Shown piece by piece: positions 1 through 13,335 of a stretch of 64,000 nucleotides of DNA. The stretch's first letter is position 1. The number at the start of each line of letters is the position of its first letter. The stretch is from the NCBI RefSeq assembly GCF_004010195.1, contig NC_057718.1, positions 99,939,186-100,003,185 on the forward strand. Direction: 5' to 3'. The position numbers and the translations under genes are program-made. The notes under the pieces are model-generated. The model did no database searches and had not been told where the DNA came from. It worked only from the letters and a program-made list of their open reading frames with translations. The DNA is from Chiloscyllium plagiosum. Lineage: Eukaryota.

Positions 1-1027
1 GTCTGGGGAGGGGGGGTGTTGCGGTCTGGGGAGGGCCTCCGACTTGGTCTGGGGGTGGGGGGTGAGTTGTGGTCTTTCTGTGGTTGTTTTCAGTGAAACA
101 CAGAAGTCCCCAGTACTTTCATTGGCGAGGTGGCAAGAAGGGGGAGAAAATCCTTTTCTTTGGGTCCAAACTGTCCAGTTATTTCCCCTTCCCATTAAAC
201 ACAGAGACGTTTTCCCTTCCTGTCTCGCTGGTGGGAAAGCTAGCGAGAAGATCTCTCCAGAGCCAACGTGCTCAACTAGTTTCCCACCTTCCCAACTCAA
301 GCGAAGGGGAAATTTGTACCCAATATTTATTCTCTCCTCCTTGTTTTAGGGCCTAGCTTTCTGCACCCTTCAGCCCCCATACACCAGCATAGAGGGCACA
401 GCCATCAATTCTTCCACACTCTACACAGCAAATGTATTGAATCTAAAATGGTGTCTACTGAGCTTCCCTGCAGAACAGGCTCTTTGCAGAAACAGAGTCA
501 ATTCAGTCATTGCCATTGTCACGGTATCGATAGACAGAAATGCACGCACATGATGGGAGGACTAAGCAGGACAAACTAGCACCTGCAGGAAGCCAGAGAG
601 AGCATGCTCTCGGCTCGTCTGTGCTACAGTTCGGCCTTGGCTCGTTAGGCTGCACCCTGTCTACTTCCTGAGGCACAAGGGCTGTGGGGTTCGTGGAGAG
701 AATGAGCAGTGTAGGTGCTGGAGAGTCAGAGTTGCAAAGGGTGGCGCTGGAAAAGCACAGTGGGTCAGGCAGCACCCGAGGAGCAGGAGAGTTGACTTTT
801 CGGGCCGTCGTCAGGCCCCACTTCCCAATCTTGATGCACAAACCCTCTGCTGCCCGCCTCCTCCCGGCCCCACATTCCCGAAGCCCTGAGGTGTGGCACT
901 CGACGTGATGTCTTTTGGATAAGAATTTTGTGTGAATGTGAAATAAAAATGCCAGGGTATTCTCTCGAAGCAAGAGCAGGTGGGAGTCATTGTAGGCCAA
1001 CACTCACCCTTCAATCCCCATCTCTAC

Positions 1028-1483
1028 ATGGAATCATACAGCACGGAAATAGACCCTTCAGTCCAACCTGTCCATAATCCCAAACTAAACTAGTCCCACG
1101 TGCCCGCGCTTGGCCCATATCCCTCCAAACCTTTGCTATTCCTGTTCCTTATCCAAGCATCTCTTAAACGTGGTGACTGTACCCAACATCCACCACTTAC
1201 TCTGGAAGTTCATTACACACACAAACCTCTCTCTGTGAAAAACAAAACTTGCCCCTTGTGTTTTTTAAAGCTTTCTCCTCTCACCTTAAAAATATGCCCT
1301 CGAGTTGTTGAAGTCCTGTCTTCCCTAGGGAAAAGACACCTGCCTTTCACCTTATCTATACCTCTCATTTTTTTTATAAACCTCTATAAAGTCACCTCTC
1401 AGCCTCCTACGCTCCAGTGTAAACAGACCCGACCTATCCAGCCTCTCCTTCTAACTCAAACCCTCCATTCCCAGCAACATCCT
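1028..1483 (-). mobile_element. CR1 (HER1-like) LINE 3' fragment
   Basis: Reverse complement of the CR1 ORF2 C-terminus and 3'UTR seen in many other copies in the window (ggcccatatccctccaaacc, ggtcacctctcagcctcct). Confidence 0.85.
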
Positions 1484-1489
1484 GCTTCC

Positions 1490-1856
1490 TCTTCTCATCG
1501 GAGTGAAGAAGGATGAGAGGTGACTTGATAGAAGTGTATAAGATGATGAGAGGCGTAGACAGGGTGGATAGCCAGAGACATTTTCCCATGGCGGAAATGA
1601 CTATCACAAGGGGGCATACTGTTCAGGTGATTGGAGGAAGGTTTAGGGGAGATGTCGGAGGTAGGTTCTTTAGACAGAGAGTGGTGGGTGTGTGGAATGC
1701 ACGGTTAGTGGTGGTAGAGTCAGAGACATTAGGGACCTTTAAGCGACACTTGGATGGGCACATGGATGATAGTAAAATGAAGGGTTTGATCCTAAAGTAG
1801 GATAAAAGGTTGGCACAACATTGAGGGCCAAAGGGCCTGTACTGTTCTATTTTCTA
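1490..1856 (+). mobile_element. CR1 LINE 3' fragment
   Basis: ORF 1513-1800 MRGDLIEVYKMMRGVDRVD...FFRQRVVGVWN...TFKRHLD is the typical CR1 ORF2 C-terminus, followed by the 3' tail. Confidence 0.9.
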
Positions 1857-2551
1857 AATCTCATCTGAACCATCCCCAGCTTAATAATGTCCTTCCTTTA
1901 ACAGGACAACCAGAACTGGAGAGTTTGGCTGCTGTCCAATGAGTCAGGACTAAAGCAACAGATTAGCCGGTCACTGTCACTTGGCAGCTTGTCACAGCAT
2001 GCTTTGTAATTTGCTGCATTACGTTCAGTCACAGGTTTTCATCGGTGATAAAGCTTGAGGTGGGAGGGGAGCATAAGCTATGCAAAGCCTGGTTAGGCTA
2101 CACTCAGAGCCACTTGGGAGTCAGTTCCGAGTGCCAACCCTCAGAAACCATATTGTTGTTGGAAGGAGTGGCAGTCAGTTTGACGGGAAGGATAGCTGGC
2201 ACTGAAAGGGTGAAGTTATGGAGACCAACTACACAAACCATGACTTTAGAAGGTTGAGAGGTGTTGTGTGCAAAGTTCTCACAATATTGAAGCCGACCGT
2301 TACCATGGACAGGTGGAAACTGGTTTAGGGAGTTGAAGAGGGCAGAGACTAAATGTTAGGATTTTCAGGAGTGACATGGGAACTTCATGATGGTACAAGG
2401 AATGGTGGATGTTTGACCTGTCCTCTGCTTTTCCCTGTGCTGTCAGTTCATTATGAATCTGGAATCATTTGATTTTCTGTTAACCAAAGATCTTTTTCGG
2501 AATCAGTTGCAAAAGCAGTTATGTGGATTTAGGGAATGGGTTAGCTATTTA

Positions 2552-2843
2552 GGCAGCATGGTGGCTCAGTGGTTAGCACTGCTATCTCACAGCATCAGGA
2601 ATGTGGGTTTGACTCCACCCTCGAGCGACTGTGTGGAGTTTGCACGTTCTCTCCGTGTCTACGTGGGTTTCCTCTGGGTGCTCCGGTTTCCTCCCACAGT
2701 CCAAAGATGTGCAGGTTAGGGTGGATTGGCCTTGGGAAATGCAGGGTTACAGGGATAGGGTGGGGCAGTGGGTCTGGGAAGGATGTTCTTCCAAGGCTCG
2801 GTATGGGCCGAATGGCCTGCTTCCACGCTGTAGGGGTTCTATG
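2552..2843 (+). mobile_element. HE1-type tRNA-derived V-SINE
   Basis: tRNA-like head (ggtggctcagtggttagcactgct), V-domain (tgtgtggagtttgcacgttctc...gtgggtttcc...ggtgctccggtttcctcccacagtccaaaga) and CR1-like tail. Confidence 0.9.
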
Positions 2844-4430
2844 ACAGAAGAGGTTCAAAAGAGGCTGAATGACCTCCTCCAGTTTCTATCTCTGGGAAAT
2901 ACAAAGGATGGGGAAGCAGTGATGGAGGAGGAAGACCTTTCCTCTCGTTCCTCCCCAAAACAAATTCTGATTGCTGTCCACCAAGCAAGGCGAATTTGGG
3001 TGTCTCTCTCTCTCTCTCTCTCTGCATTGTTTTATCCGCCTTTAGACCTGCCAAAACTAGACGAAAGCAAAGGAGACAATTTACCTCCGAGCCACCATGT
3101 TTGTTCTGATGGCATGTAGTTAACATTTTGGCAACATTGTTATTTTCTTTCGAAAGTGCGGTTTAGGGAAAAGAAAGATCGGTTTTCAGGGATTGTGTTT
3201 TGAGTGACGGTAAATGCATCTTGTCTCCAGAACAGCTTGGCTAATCAGAATTTGCCGTTCTTGAGCTTTCTTAGATTGTGTGGGAGGCTGAGAAGACAGC
3301 AGCAATCAGTGATGAACTGTAGAAGACTGTAATCATCTTCCGAAAGAGTCCTTCGCACAAAACAAGTGAATCTTGTAAATAGCAGCTTGCTTTGGCCATT
3401 GCTTATGCAGGCTGATAATTAAGAGTTTTCAAGGTTGATCTCTTTTTTTTTGTTATTTTCTACCCACTTGTAACTCGTCTCTGTTGACATGGCAACACAG
3501 ATCAGCAGCGAAGGAAGAGAACTCGTCAGTTCCGCTCATCAGAGAGAGGCAGACAGACCGGAGACAAGTGATGAATCAAGATGAGCAAGTTAAATTGTGC
3601 TGTCAAATGTAGAAGTAGGCCATTCAGCCCATCAAATCTCCTTCATCATTCAGAGAGATCATGGTTGATCTGCTAAGCCTCAACTCCACTTTCCTGCCTT
3701 TTCCCCATAGCCCTTGGTTGTGAAAAAGGGTCACAACCCAAAATGTTAACTCTGACTTCTCTCCACAGGTGCTGCCAGACCTGCTGAGCTTTTCAGTTTT
3801 TGTCCTTGATCCCCAGACTGATTAAAAATCAGTCTCTGTCAGCCTTGAATAATGACCCAGCCTGGACAGCCCTCTGTAATAGAGTTCCACAGATTCACTC
3901 CTCTGTGAGAGAAGAAAGTCCTCCCCTTCTCTGTCTCAAATGTGTGACCCTTTACTCTGAGACTGTTAATTCAAGTCCCCTAAGAATCTTATATGTTTTA
4001 TTAATTGCTACCTTCACCTGACAATTCATCTCTCTCCCCATGTCTTTCCCCATCACCCATTCTCCTTCCTTTGTGCAGTTGCCTTTCAAGAATTGCTGAT
4101 TCTACCCTGTTCTCAATCAGATCATGGCAACTCGAGGCTGGAAAAGTACAAATCGCGGGATTCAGCTGCATTGCTAACTGAACTCTCATCCAAAACCTCT
4201 CTGAGTCTTTAAACTAGTCGAGCCCTTGCCACAGATTGATGTTAATGTCCAGTATCCTTTATGGGCCGGGTGCTGGCAGGTGGGACTAGATTGGGTTGGG
4301 ATGTCTGGTCGGCGTGGACGGGTTGGACCGAAGGGTCTGTTTCCATGCTGTACATCTCTATGACTCTACAAATCCCATCGCTAAACGATTAGCTCCCTCT
4401 CAAGCAAGTGCAATATGGCGCAACCATTCA

Positions 4431-4597
4431 AAGGGCACTGCTTGTCACTGGCCACTTGGATGGTTCCTTTCTTCCTGCGGGTGGAATAGAAATAAAGATT
4501 TACACATGTGTTGTTCTTCACTGTGTCCCACACCCTCACACATACGACACGGGTGCTGGGGAAAAATAAGCACTACCATTGTTAGGTGAAAAAAAAA
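4431..4597 (+). mobile_element. 5'-truncated poly(A) retroposon tail (L1/Tx1-like)
   Basis: Homologous to 25901-26094, ends in an A-tract, degenerate TSD tggcgcaaccattca (4416-4430) / ttgagcaaccgttca (4598-4612). Confidence 0.6.
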
Positions 4598-4824
4598 TTG
4601 AGCAACCGTTCACACAGCCTGATTAATTGCAGTTAGAGGGGGGGTTGCTGTGGTGTCACAGCTGGTTTTTATTGGTTTGCTAACCGAAATGCTGGATAAG
4701 ATATACGTTTTTATTTTGCAAATGCTGAAACTTCCTATTTTGGAGCTCGAAAAAGAGGAGGACAGTGGTTGGAACAATATTTCAAATCTCTGCGGCTACT
4801 TGATGGAGAGTGATCCATTTGAAT

Positions 4825-4980
4825 TGTGATGTGGAGGAGCTGGTGTTGGAAAGTTAAAAATCACACAACACCAGGTTATAAGTCCAACAGGTTTATTTGG
4901 AAGCACTAGCTTTCGGAGCACTGCTCCTTCACCAGGTAACTAATGAGAGGCAGTCTGAAAGCTAGTATTTTCAAATAAAG
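4825..4980. mobile_element. Short PLE-derived element, family B (degenerate hammerhead on minus strand)
   Basis: aagttaaaaatcacacaacaccaggttata...cactagctttcggagcactgctccttcaccagg, same family as 29421, 42020 and 57177. Confidence 0.75.
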
Positions 4981-5108
4981 GTGGGTGTGTCATTTGAATA
5001 GTGTTTTTGCTTCAAATAAACTACATGGGTAATGAGGAGAGGTGGAGGAATGCAGAGTGTACCCTCAGGCACTACTGTCAGCTAATGAGCTGACAACAGA
5101 CAGAACCT

Positions 5109-5320
5109 AATACAGAAGTTGCTGGAAAAGCTCAGCGGGCCTGGCCGAATCTGTGGAGAGAAACCAGAGTTAATGTTTCAGGTTGAGTGACCCTTCCTCA
5201 GAACTGGACCCGAAATGTTAACTCTGATTTCTCTCCAGAGGTGCTGCCAGACCTGCTAAGCTTTTGCAGCAATTTCTGCTTTATATTTCTGATTTACAGC
5301 ATCCACAATTCTTTCGTTTT
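5109..5320. mobile_element. Fold-back PLE-derived element, family C
   Basis: Left arm 5109-5200 is the reverse complement of the right arm 5207-5290; contains a hammerhead-like core. Confidence 0.75.
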
Positions 5321-6277
5321 TTTTAATTTAAGAAACAGAATCTGTTTAAAATGAGTGTCTGTGAACAAGCAGAATTTGGTATCAAAACTCCAGCAGCATC
5401 TCCCAGTAGCAACGAGATTATGTCTCCAATAAAACGCAGTGAGTGCAGGAGGTGAGCTAGACAGTACAAACACCTCACATAAAGTTGATAGTGTGCCCCT
5501 CAACTGCAGTTGACAGGAAAATGGCCAAACCATCTTCATTCTGGTCAACGTCAAATGGTGATGCCTCAATCATTGTAATAGGGACCTTGGCTTTAGCCAG
5601 GAATCATAATTACATGGCATCTCACCCTCTGAACTTGTCCGAGTCAGGTTTATGTTTAAACTGGATATCTTACCTAAATGACTCCATGTTCCAGGGAGTT
5701 TCAGTTTGAAAGACCAAAACTGATATGAACTTCTAATACATTTTGTAGATTAAACTGCCAACTTCACACAACAGCCCCTTGTCATCGGTGGTTTGATAGC
5801 TTTGCAGTAAGTGATACAAATTGCTTGCAGGGGCGATATTTTTTTTTCCTTGTCAAACTTGCTGATTATTGCAGCTCTGCGTTTTGGTTTTGATTTGCAG
5901 ATTGTCACAAAGTTGTATATTGCCGGCTGACTACACCTCAATACACTTCCTTCAGGATTACAGAGTTTGCAGCTGATGCAGAACAAAATTTTCTAATTTA
6001 AAGGCGAGTTGATTAAGAGGACAAAAAGAAATTCACTCCATTCCACAGTTTTTTTAGTGAACACCACCATTTGTTACTGACTTGTATCTTGCTACTGTTG
6101 AAGTGATGAAGCGACAAATCTTTAGCTGTGCATCAGTCTGGCACGCTTATGTTTTTGAATCTTTACATATCAATAACTTTTCCAAAGTACGCATTTGGCA
6201 CTGACTATTGAGATTGTGCTTGGTGACCGCAATTAATTTTTGTGAAGAAGATCAGGTACCTCAAGTTTATAAAGTTA

Positions 6278-6472
6278 CAGACAGTCCCTGGATTACGAAC
6301 AAGCTCTGTGTACTTTTGTTTAAGTGGAGTACACAAGCCCAGACACAATGCAGTACCGTACAAAACGTCCTTTTGTAAGGACAGCCAAATGTTCGCAGGT
6401 CGAATCCTTAAAATTAATAGAGAAAGGGATCATGTCCATAACTCTGAGCATTCGTAATTTGGGGATTACCTG
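6278..6472. mobile_element. Tc1/pogo (Tigger-like) MITE
   Basis: TA flanks and imperfect TIRs cagacagtccctggattacgaac / attcgtaatttggggattacctg. Confidence 0.65.
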
Positions 6473-6689
6473 TATTGTGCTGAAGTGAAGCAATTTAAAT
6501 GATGTTTGACAGATGAATGTGTATATTAAAACTTGAAAAGAAACATTAATAAAAGAAAGCTGGTTCTTTGATGCCTAAGAAGTGATTTTACTTTTGCTGT
6601 GTTTTTAAAAACACTTTGTGCTTTCTTGATATTGTCAAAGAAAAAGACACACAATGAGTATAGAGGGGTGTGGGGAGTGGGCTATCCTA

Positions 6690-6885
6690 GTCAAGATTAG
6701 AGTGGTACTGGAAAAGCACAGCAGGCCAGGTAGCATCCGAGGGCCAGGAAAAAAATCAACGTTTCAGGCAAAAGCCCTTCCTGATGATTTTTCCTGCTCC
6801 TCCTGTGCTGCCTGGTCTGCTGTGCTTTTCTAGCACCACTCTAACCTTGACTCTAATCTCCAGCGTCAGTAGCCACTTCTGCCTA
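6690..6885. mobile_element. Fold-back PLE-derived element, family A
   Basis: agagtggtactggaaaagcacagcagg... arm followed by its reverse complement ctgctgtgcttttctagcaccactct. Confidence 0.8.
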
Positions 6886-7639
6886 ATGGTCTAGTAAAGG
6901 AAAAGGTGCTAAAGTACAGGCTTTGTGCCCCTAAAATAAGTTGATTTGGGCTCCTTGTGCCCACCGTAGGCTACCATTGAGAAATTAAATCAACAGTGGG
7001 TGAGATAGACCTTTGGACAGCTGCTGCTGTGTCCATGTGAGTTTTATCAGGATACAGGTCTGCTCCTGTATACTCTGGTGACACTCTTGGCCCAGTTTCC
7101 AAGAGTTATTTTTAAAGAGTTATCAACTGGTCTCTCTCCTGTGTCCTTCCTTCTGATTTATACTTTTTTTGATGTTGTTAAGAATTCACCACATGCTTCA
7201 AGAGACAGATCCTGTCACATATAACCCAGTTTGAGCAAACATGAATGATTCCAGTCGGATTGACTCTTAGATAGTTTCGCTTCCAAAACACCTTCAATAA
7301 AGTGCCCCGTAGAAAACCCTTGATAACCATTCGGCTTTTATGGATTGTGAGAATGAGACATTGTTGGCTCAGTAATTGGCTATAATTTAGGAAGCAGAGG
7401 GTCCTCGTTGATGGGAAGGGATTTTAGGTAGGAATAAAGATTGGAAAGAGTCATTCTTGAGCCTGCTCTGCCATGGAACCAGATCATGACTGATCCACCT
7501 CAAAACACGATTCACATCTGATACATTTAATATGTGGAAATCTATCAATCCCTGCCTTGAATACATTCAAGTACTGAGCCTGTACTGCTCTCTGGGATAG
7601 AGAAGGATTCTGGTGGTGCGTTCTATCAGGATCAGAGAT

Positions 7640-8700
7640 GAGGGAAACAGACCCTTGGGTCCAACCACTCCATGCCGACCATAGTCCCAAACCAAGCCAG
7701 TCCCACCTGCCTGCGCTTGGCCCATATCTCTCCAAACCTTCCTTATTCATGTGCGAACCCAAATGTCTTTCAAACATTGCAACTGCACCCACATCTACCA
7801 CTTTCTCTCGATATTCGTTCCACACATGAACCACACTCTGTGTAAAAAAAAATTGCCCCTCATGTCTTTTTAAAATCTTTCTCCTCCCACCTTAAATGTA
7901 TGCCCCTTAGTCTTAAAATTCCCCCATACTAGGGAACAGCGAACTACCATTGATCCTATCCATGCCCCTCACAAACCTCCATTAGGTCACCCCTTAACTT
8001 TCTATGCTCTCGTGAAAAAAAGTCCCAACTTCTCCCTATAACACAAACCTTCCTTACCCAGCAGCGTCCTGGTAAATCTCTTCTGAATCTGTCCAGCTTA
8101 CTAATATCCTTCCTATAACTGGACGACCAGACTGGATACTGTACTCCAGATGGGGCCTCACCAACACCCTGTACAATCTCAGCATGATGTCCCAACTCCT
8201 TGCTCAGTCCTTTTGAGCATATGAAGGCAAGCATACCAAACGTCTTTAAACCACCCTGCTGACATGTGACACAAACTTCAAAGAGTTATGTACCTGAACC
8301 CCTCGGTCTCACGGTTCTACAACATTACACAAGGTCCCACCTTTAGTTGTACAGGCCCTGACCTTGGTTGATTTACCAACATGCAATCCCTCACATTTAT
8401 GCAAATTAAACTCCATATGTTCCCATTGTTCCAATCGATCAAGATCTGTTTTTGTAATCTTAGATAACCTTCACTATCCACTATCCCACCAATTTTGGTG
8501 TCATCTGCAAACTTATTAACCATCTCTCCCATACTCTCATCTAAATTGTTTACAAGTGGGCCCAGCCCCCAATCCCTGTGGAACACTGCTGGTCACAGGC
8601 CTCCAGTCTGAAAAACAACTCTCTGCTGTTTAGCCAATTTTGTATCCAATTGGCAAGCTCATGCTGAATCCCATATGATGTCATTTTACTAATTAGTTCA
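7640..8700 (-). mobile_element. CR1 LINE, decayed RT and 3' region
   Basis: Minus-strand fragments NKFADDTKIGGIVDSEGYLRLQ and KLRGDLME; frameshifted. Confidence 0.9.
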
Positions 8701-8767
8701 TTAATGATTTGTTTGGATGTTGGCAATGAATTCCTATTCATAGATTCCTGGAATCGGTTCACCAATT

Positions 8768-9240
8768 ATAGAGTCACAGTCAACCAGTCCATGCCGACCA
8801 TAATCCCAAACTAAACTAGTCCCACCTGCCTGCTCCCGACCCATATCCCTCCAAACCTTTCCCAACCATGTACTTTATCCAAATGTCTTTTAAACATAGT
8901 AACAATTCCCACATCCACCACTTCCTCAGGAAGTTCATTCCACACACAAACCACCCTCTGTGTAAAAACAATTTGCCCCCATGTCTTTTTTAAAATCTCT
9001 CTCCTCTCACTCTAAAAATGTAGCCCCTAGTCTTGAAATCTCCCATCCTGGGGAAAAGAAATTACCATTAACTCTATCTGTACCCCTCATTATTTTATAA
9101 ATTTCTATCAGGTCACCTCTCAACCTCCTACACTTCAGTGAAGAAAGTCCCAGCCTATCCAGCCTTACTTTATAACTCAAACCTTCCATACCAGCAACAT
9201 CGTGGTAAATCTCTTCTGAACCCCCTCCAGCTTGATAATG
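8768..9240 (-). mobile_element. CR1 LINE 3' fragment
   Basis: GMEGLSYKVRLDRLGLSSLKCRRLRGDLIEIYKIMRG on the minus strand plus 3'UTR. Confidence 0.9.
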
Positions 9241-9258
9241 TTGACATAAGCTAGAAGT

Positions 9259-9434
9259 GAAGGTTAGAGTGGTGCTGGAAAAGCACAGCAGGTCAGGCAG
9301 CACCCGAGGAGTAGGATAATGGATGTTTCGGGCAAAAGCGTCGATTTTCCCTGCTCCTCAGATGCTGCCTGACCTGCTGTGCTTTTCCAGCACCACTCTA
9401 ATCTTGACTCTAATCTCCAGCATCTGCAGTACCC
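9259..9434. mobile_element. Fold-back PLE-derived element, family A
   Basis: Inverted arms; imperfect flanking direct repeat acataagctagaagtg / acataagctgaaagtg. Confidence 0.8.
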
Positions 9435-10594
9435 ACATAAGCTGAAAGTGTCCCACTCCCCATCACACACTGCCTCAAGAGTTCGAACAGTGCAATCTAC
9501 TCCGTTAGGACTCGGGAGACATCAGAGCCACTGAGATCTGGGGTTGGGGAAAACAAGGACAAAAGGAGGCCATGCAGCCTTTTCAGCCTGCTCGCTATTC
9601 AGTGAAAGCTTGGCTGACTTTTAACACCATTTTCCTGTACAATCCCTGAATCAGTTTAACACGTAGATATCTATGGATCTTCAGTCTTGAATGTACTCGA
9701 TGGCTGAACTTTTGTAGCACCTAGGGCAGAAAATTCTTATGATTCGCCACCACCCCCCCCAACACACACACACACACACACACAGACAGACACACACACA
9801 CACAGAAGAGGTCGCGTCTTACCTCAATCTGAAATGGCTTGCTCCTTATTCTGAGATTGTGTCCACCGGTTTTAGCCCTCCCACCAGGGAAAGATTCATC
9901 CTATGGATCCCTGTCAGAACTTGGGATTGCTGCTGATTCTTCTAAAGTCTGGAGAATAGAGGGCCAGTCTATGAAATCGTCCCTGATAGGACCATCCCTT
10001 CAATCCCAGGAATGTGTTTGGTGAAGGAATGTGTCCATAAGATGTGGGAGATGGCTGTCAAGAAGGGTAATAGGGCTCAGGGTTAGATTGCTTTCCTGCA
10101 GTTGACATGTCATGGATGAACTTTTGTTGCCTTCTGAAATAAAGGAAGTAACTATAATTCATTGAAGGGAGCACAAATTGCAATGGACTATGGAAAATAT
10201 TCCTCAGTTACAAGATGGCGGCTGCAGCAGGTTAGGAACTGTCCGGGCTCCATGACAGTATGCTCCCACTCACCTGACTGGTCCATTTCCCCTCTGTTCC
10301 TTTTGTCTCTTCACTTCCCTTTTGTATCAGAGTTCACCTTTTCTGCGCCGGAGGTGGAGGAAGGTCATTGTGAGGGCAGCCGAACCGAATGTCCATTACA
10401 TGAGGCCATGGTGAGTGTGGTTTCATCAAAGGCTCCACTGACGGCGGTGGCTATCATGGTGGCGATATGGTGGTTCCAGTCGGTCCCTTGTTGCCATGCC
10501 AGCAGTTATGGTGTGGTGGGTCCAGTCCAGAAATCCTTTCCATCTTCACGGGCACTTTCAGCAGTGTGTTCTGTAGACACTCTGCAAAGGCTGA

Positions 10595-12033
10595 TCACTG
10601 TCCACTGGAGTAGTACCAGATGATTGGAGGGCGGCAAATGTTATTCTCTTGTTCAAGAAAGGGAATCGGAGCAACCCTGGGAATTACAGACTAGTCAGTC
10701 TCACGTCTGTGGTGGGCAAATTATTGGAGAGGATTCTGAGAGACAGGATTTATGATTATTCAGAAAACAATAGTTTGATTAGAGATAGTCAGCATGGCTT
10801 TGTGAGGAGCAGGTCAAACATTCGTGAATTCTTTGAGGGGTGACAAAACACATTGATGAACGTAGAGCCGTGGATCTGGTGTACATGGATTTTAGCAAGG
10901 TGTTTGATAAGGTTCCCCATGGTAGGCTCATTCAGAAAGTAAGGAGGCATGGGAGACAGGGAAATTTGACTGTCTGGATAGAGAATTGGCTGGCCCATAG
11001 AAGATAGAGGGTTGTAGTAGATGGAAAGTATTCAGCCTGGAGCTCAGTGACCAATGGTGTTCCACAAGGATCTATTCTGGGAACTCTACCTTTTGTGATT
11101 TTTATAAATGACTTGGATGAGGAAGTGGAAGGTTGGGTTAGTAAGTCTGCTGTTGACATGAAGTTTGGTGAAGTTATGGATAGTGTGGAGGGCTGTTGTA
11201 GGTTGCAACAGGACATTGTAAGGATGCAGAACTGAACTGAGAAGTGACAGACGGAGTTCAACCTGGAAAACTGTGAAGTGATTCATTTTGGAAAGTCAAA
11301 TTTGCATACAGAATACAGGGTTAAAGGCAGGATTCTTGGCAGAGTGGAGGAACAAAGGGATATTGGGGACCACGTCCATAGATCCCTCAAAGTTGCCACC
11401 CAAGTTCATAGGGTTGTTAAGAAAGCATACAGTATGTTGGCTTTCACTAGCATGGAGATTGGGTTTAAGAGCCGCGAGGTTATGGTGCAGGTCTATAAAG
11501 CTCTGGTTTAACCACACTTGGAAAATTGTGTTCAGTTCTGGTCACCTCATTATAGGAAGGATGTGAAAGCTTTAGAGAGGGTGCAGATGAGATTTACCAG
11601 GACGCTGCCTGGACTGGAGGGCATGTGTTATGAAGCAGTGTTGATGAGCGAGAGCTTTTCTCGTTGGAGTGAAGAAGGATGAGAGGTGACTTGGTAGAGC
11701 TATACAAGATGATTAAAGGCATAGACAGAGTGGATAGCCAGAGACATTTTCCCAGGGTGGAAATGGCTATCAGGAAGGGGCAAAATGTTAAGGTGATTGG
11801 AGGAAGGTTTAGGGAGGTCGGTTCTTTACACAGAGAGTGAGGGTGCTTGGAATTCACTGCCAACAGTGGGAGTAGAGTCAGATACATGAGGGACATTTAG
11901 GCGACTCTTGGATAGACACATGGATGATAGTACAATTAACGGTATGTAGGTTAGTTTGATCTTAGAATAGGATAAAAGGATGGCACAACATCGAGGGCCG
12001 AAGGGCCTGTACTGTACTGCATTGGGTATGTTC
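10595..12033 (+). mobile_element. CR1 LINE, about 1.4 kb 5'-truncated copy (RT pseudogene)
   Basis: FKKGNRSNPGNYRLVSLTSVVGKLLE, SQHGFV, GVPQGSILG, FINDLD; stops and frameshifts; 3' tail present. Confidence 0.95.
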
Positions 12034-12934
12034 TAAACCCAGGAGCCATGGAGGAAACAAAATATGAACTTTGTCCTAACTTTGTATCAATTATTTTCAT
12101 GATTTCCATAATGAAAATGGTGCTGAATTGTGGTGATGTATACACATCTCACTGTATTTTCATAAATTACTATTCTATTCCATTTCATTCAGCACTTTTG
12201 GGGGAATTGAAATCTCTCATTCACCATTAAATGTCTAAGGCTGAGCTGAAATCACTTCTGCTGCTGATTCCACCGAAGTTAATTTAAATGACATACCTTG
12301 TAGTTCCCGGACCTCAGCATCTTCTGTGAAACCTCATGCAAAACATGCTCATCATCCAGATGTTATCTTCAAACCTCTCCTGCCCCTTTAACTGTCTCAA
12401 GGACCATTATTGATTTCCAAATTGTTTTTTGACTTCTAAACAGCACTACAAGGTCTTACAATTTATACCATAAACATTGATGATCCTTTATCCCCCTGCC
12501 TTTTTAGAATTTTTAATATAGGCCTTTTTTATTGCTGTCAGCTGTTTTTATTCTCTTGTGACAATTGTTCCCTTTTTAGCTAATAATTTTCTTAATTCTG
12601 ATTTCCCCGCAGACCTGCACATGTAAGCATTTGAGCTGCATGAACCATTCCTCAATATCCTAGCAACCTAAAAGGCTTCCTTATCTTGCAGCACAGAAAT
12701 ACTAACTTCTATTCTGCTGCTTGTAGCTATTTTCTTTTACCCTAACAGCCTACATCCAATGCAGCATTGCCAATTCATAAGCAGAAAATCCATCCCTTTT
12801 GAAATTGATTATTAATGTTTAATTATTAGCGGGGGTAATTTAACTCATTAAACAAAATAAAAAATCTGATGACTACACAGAGACCAGACACTTGTCCCAG
12901 ATGGGGATCAGGTATTGTCAAAGGATCACATAAG

Positions 12935-13335
12935 TGACTTTTTTTCACTGGACCGTAGGAGGTTGACGGGTGACCTTATAGAGGTTTGTAAAATCATGAG
13001 GAGTATAGATAGGGTGAATGGCAGTGTCTTTTCCCTAGGGTGGAGGATTTCAAGACTAGGGGACATGTTTTTATGGTGAAAGGAGAAAGATTTAAAAAAG
13101 ATACAAGGTGTTTTTTTTTTACGCAGAGGTTGGTTCGTGTGTGGAACGGCCAGGATGTGTGGATGTGATGGATGAGGGTACAGTCACAACATTTAAAAGA
13201 CATTTGGACAAGTTCATGAATAAGAAATGTTTGAAGGGATACGGGCCAAGTGCAGGCAAGTTTAATTTGGATTAGTTTAATTTGGGATAATGAACAGGTT
13301 GGACTGAAGGGTCTGTTTCTGCGCTGTATGAGTCT
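12935..13335 (+). mobile_element. CR1 LINE 3' fragment
   Basis: gggtgaccttatagaggtt...ttggactgaagggtctgtttc tail. Confidence 0.85.

Noticed and set aside
503..1003. 166-aa minus-strand ORF
   Set aside because: Runs through a PLE-derived repeat (about 715-805), with no recognisable domain or splice structure
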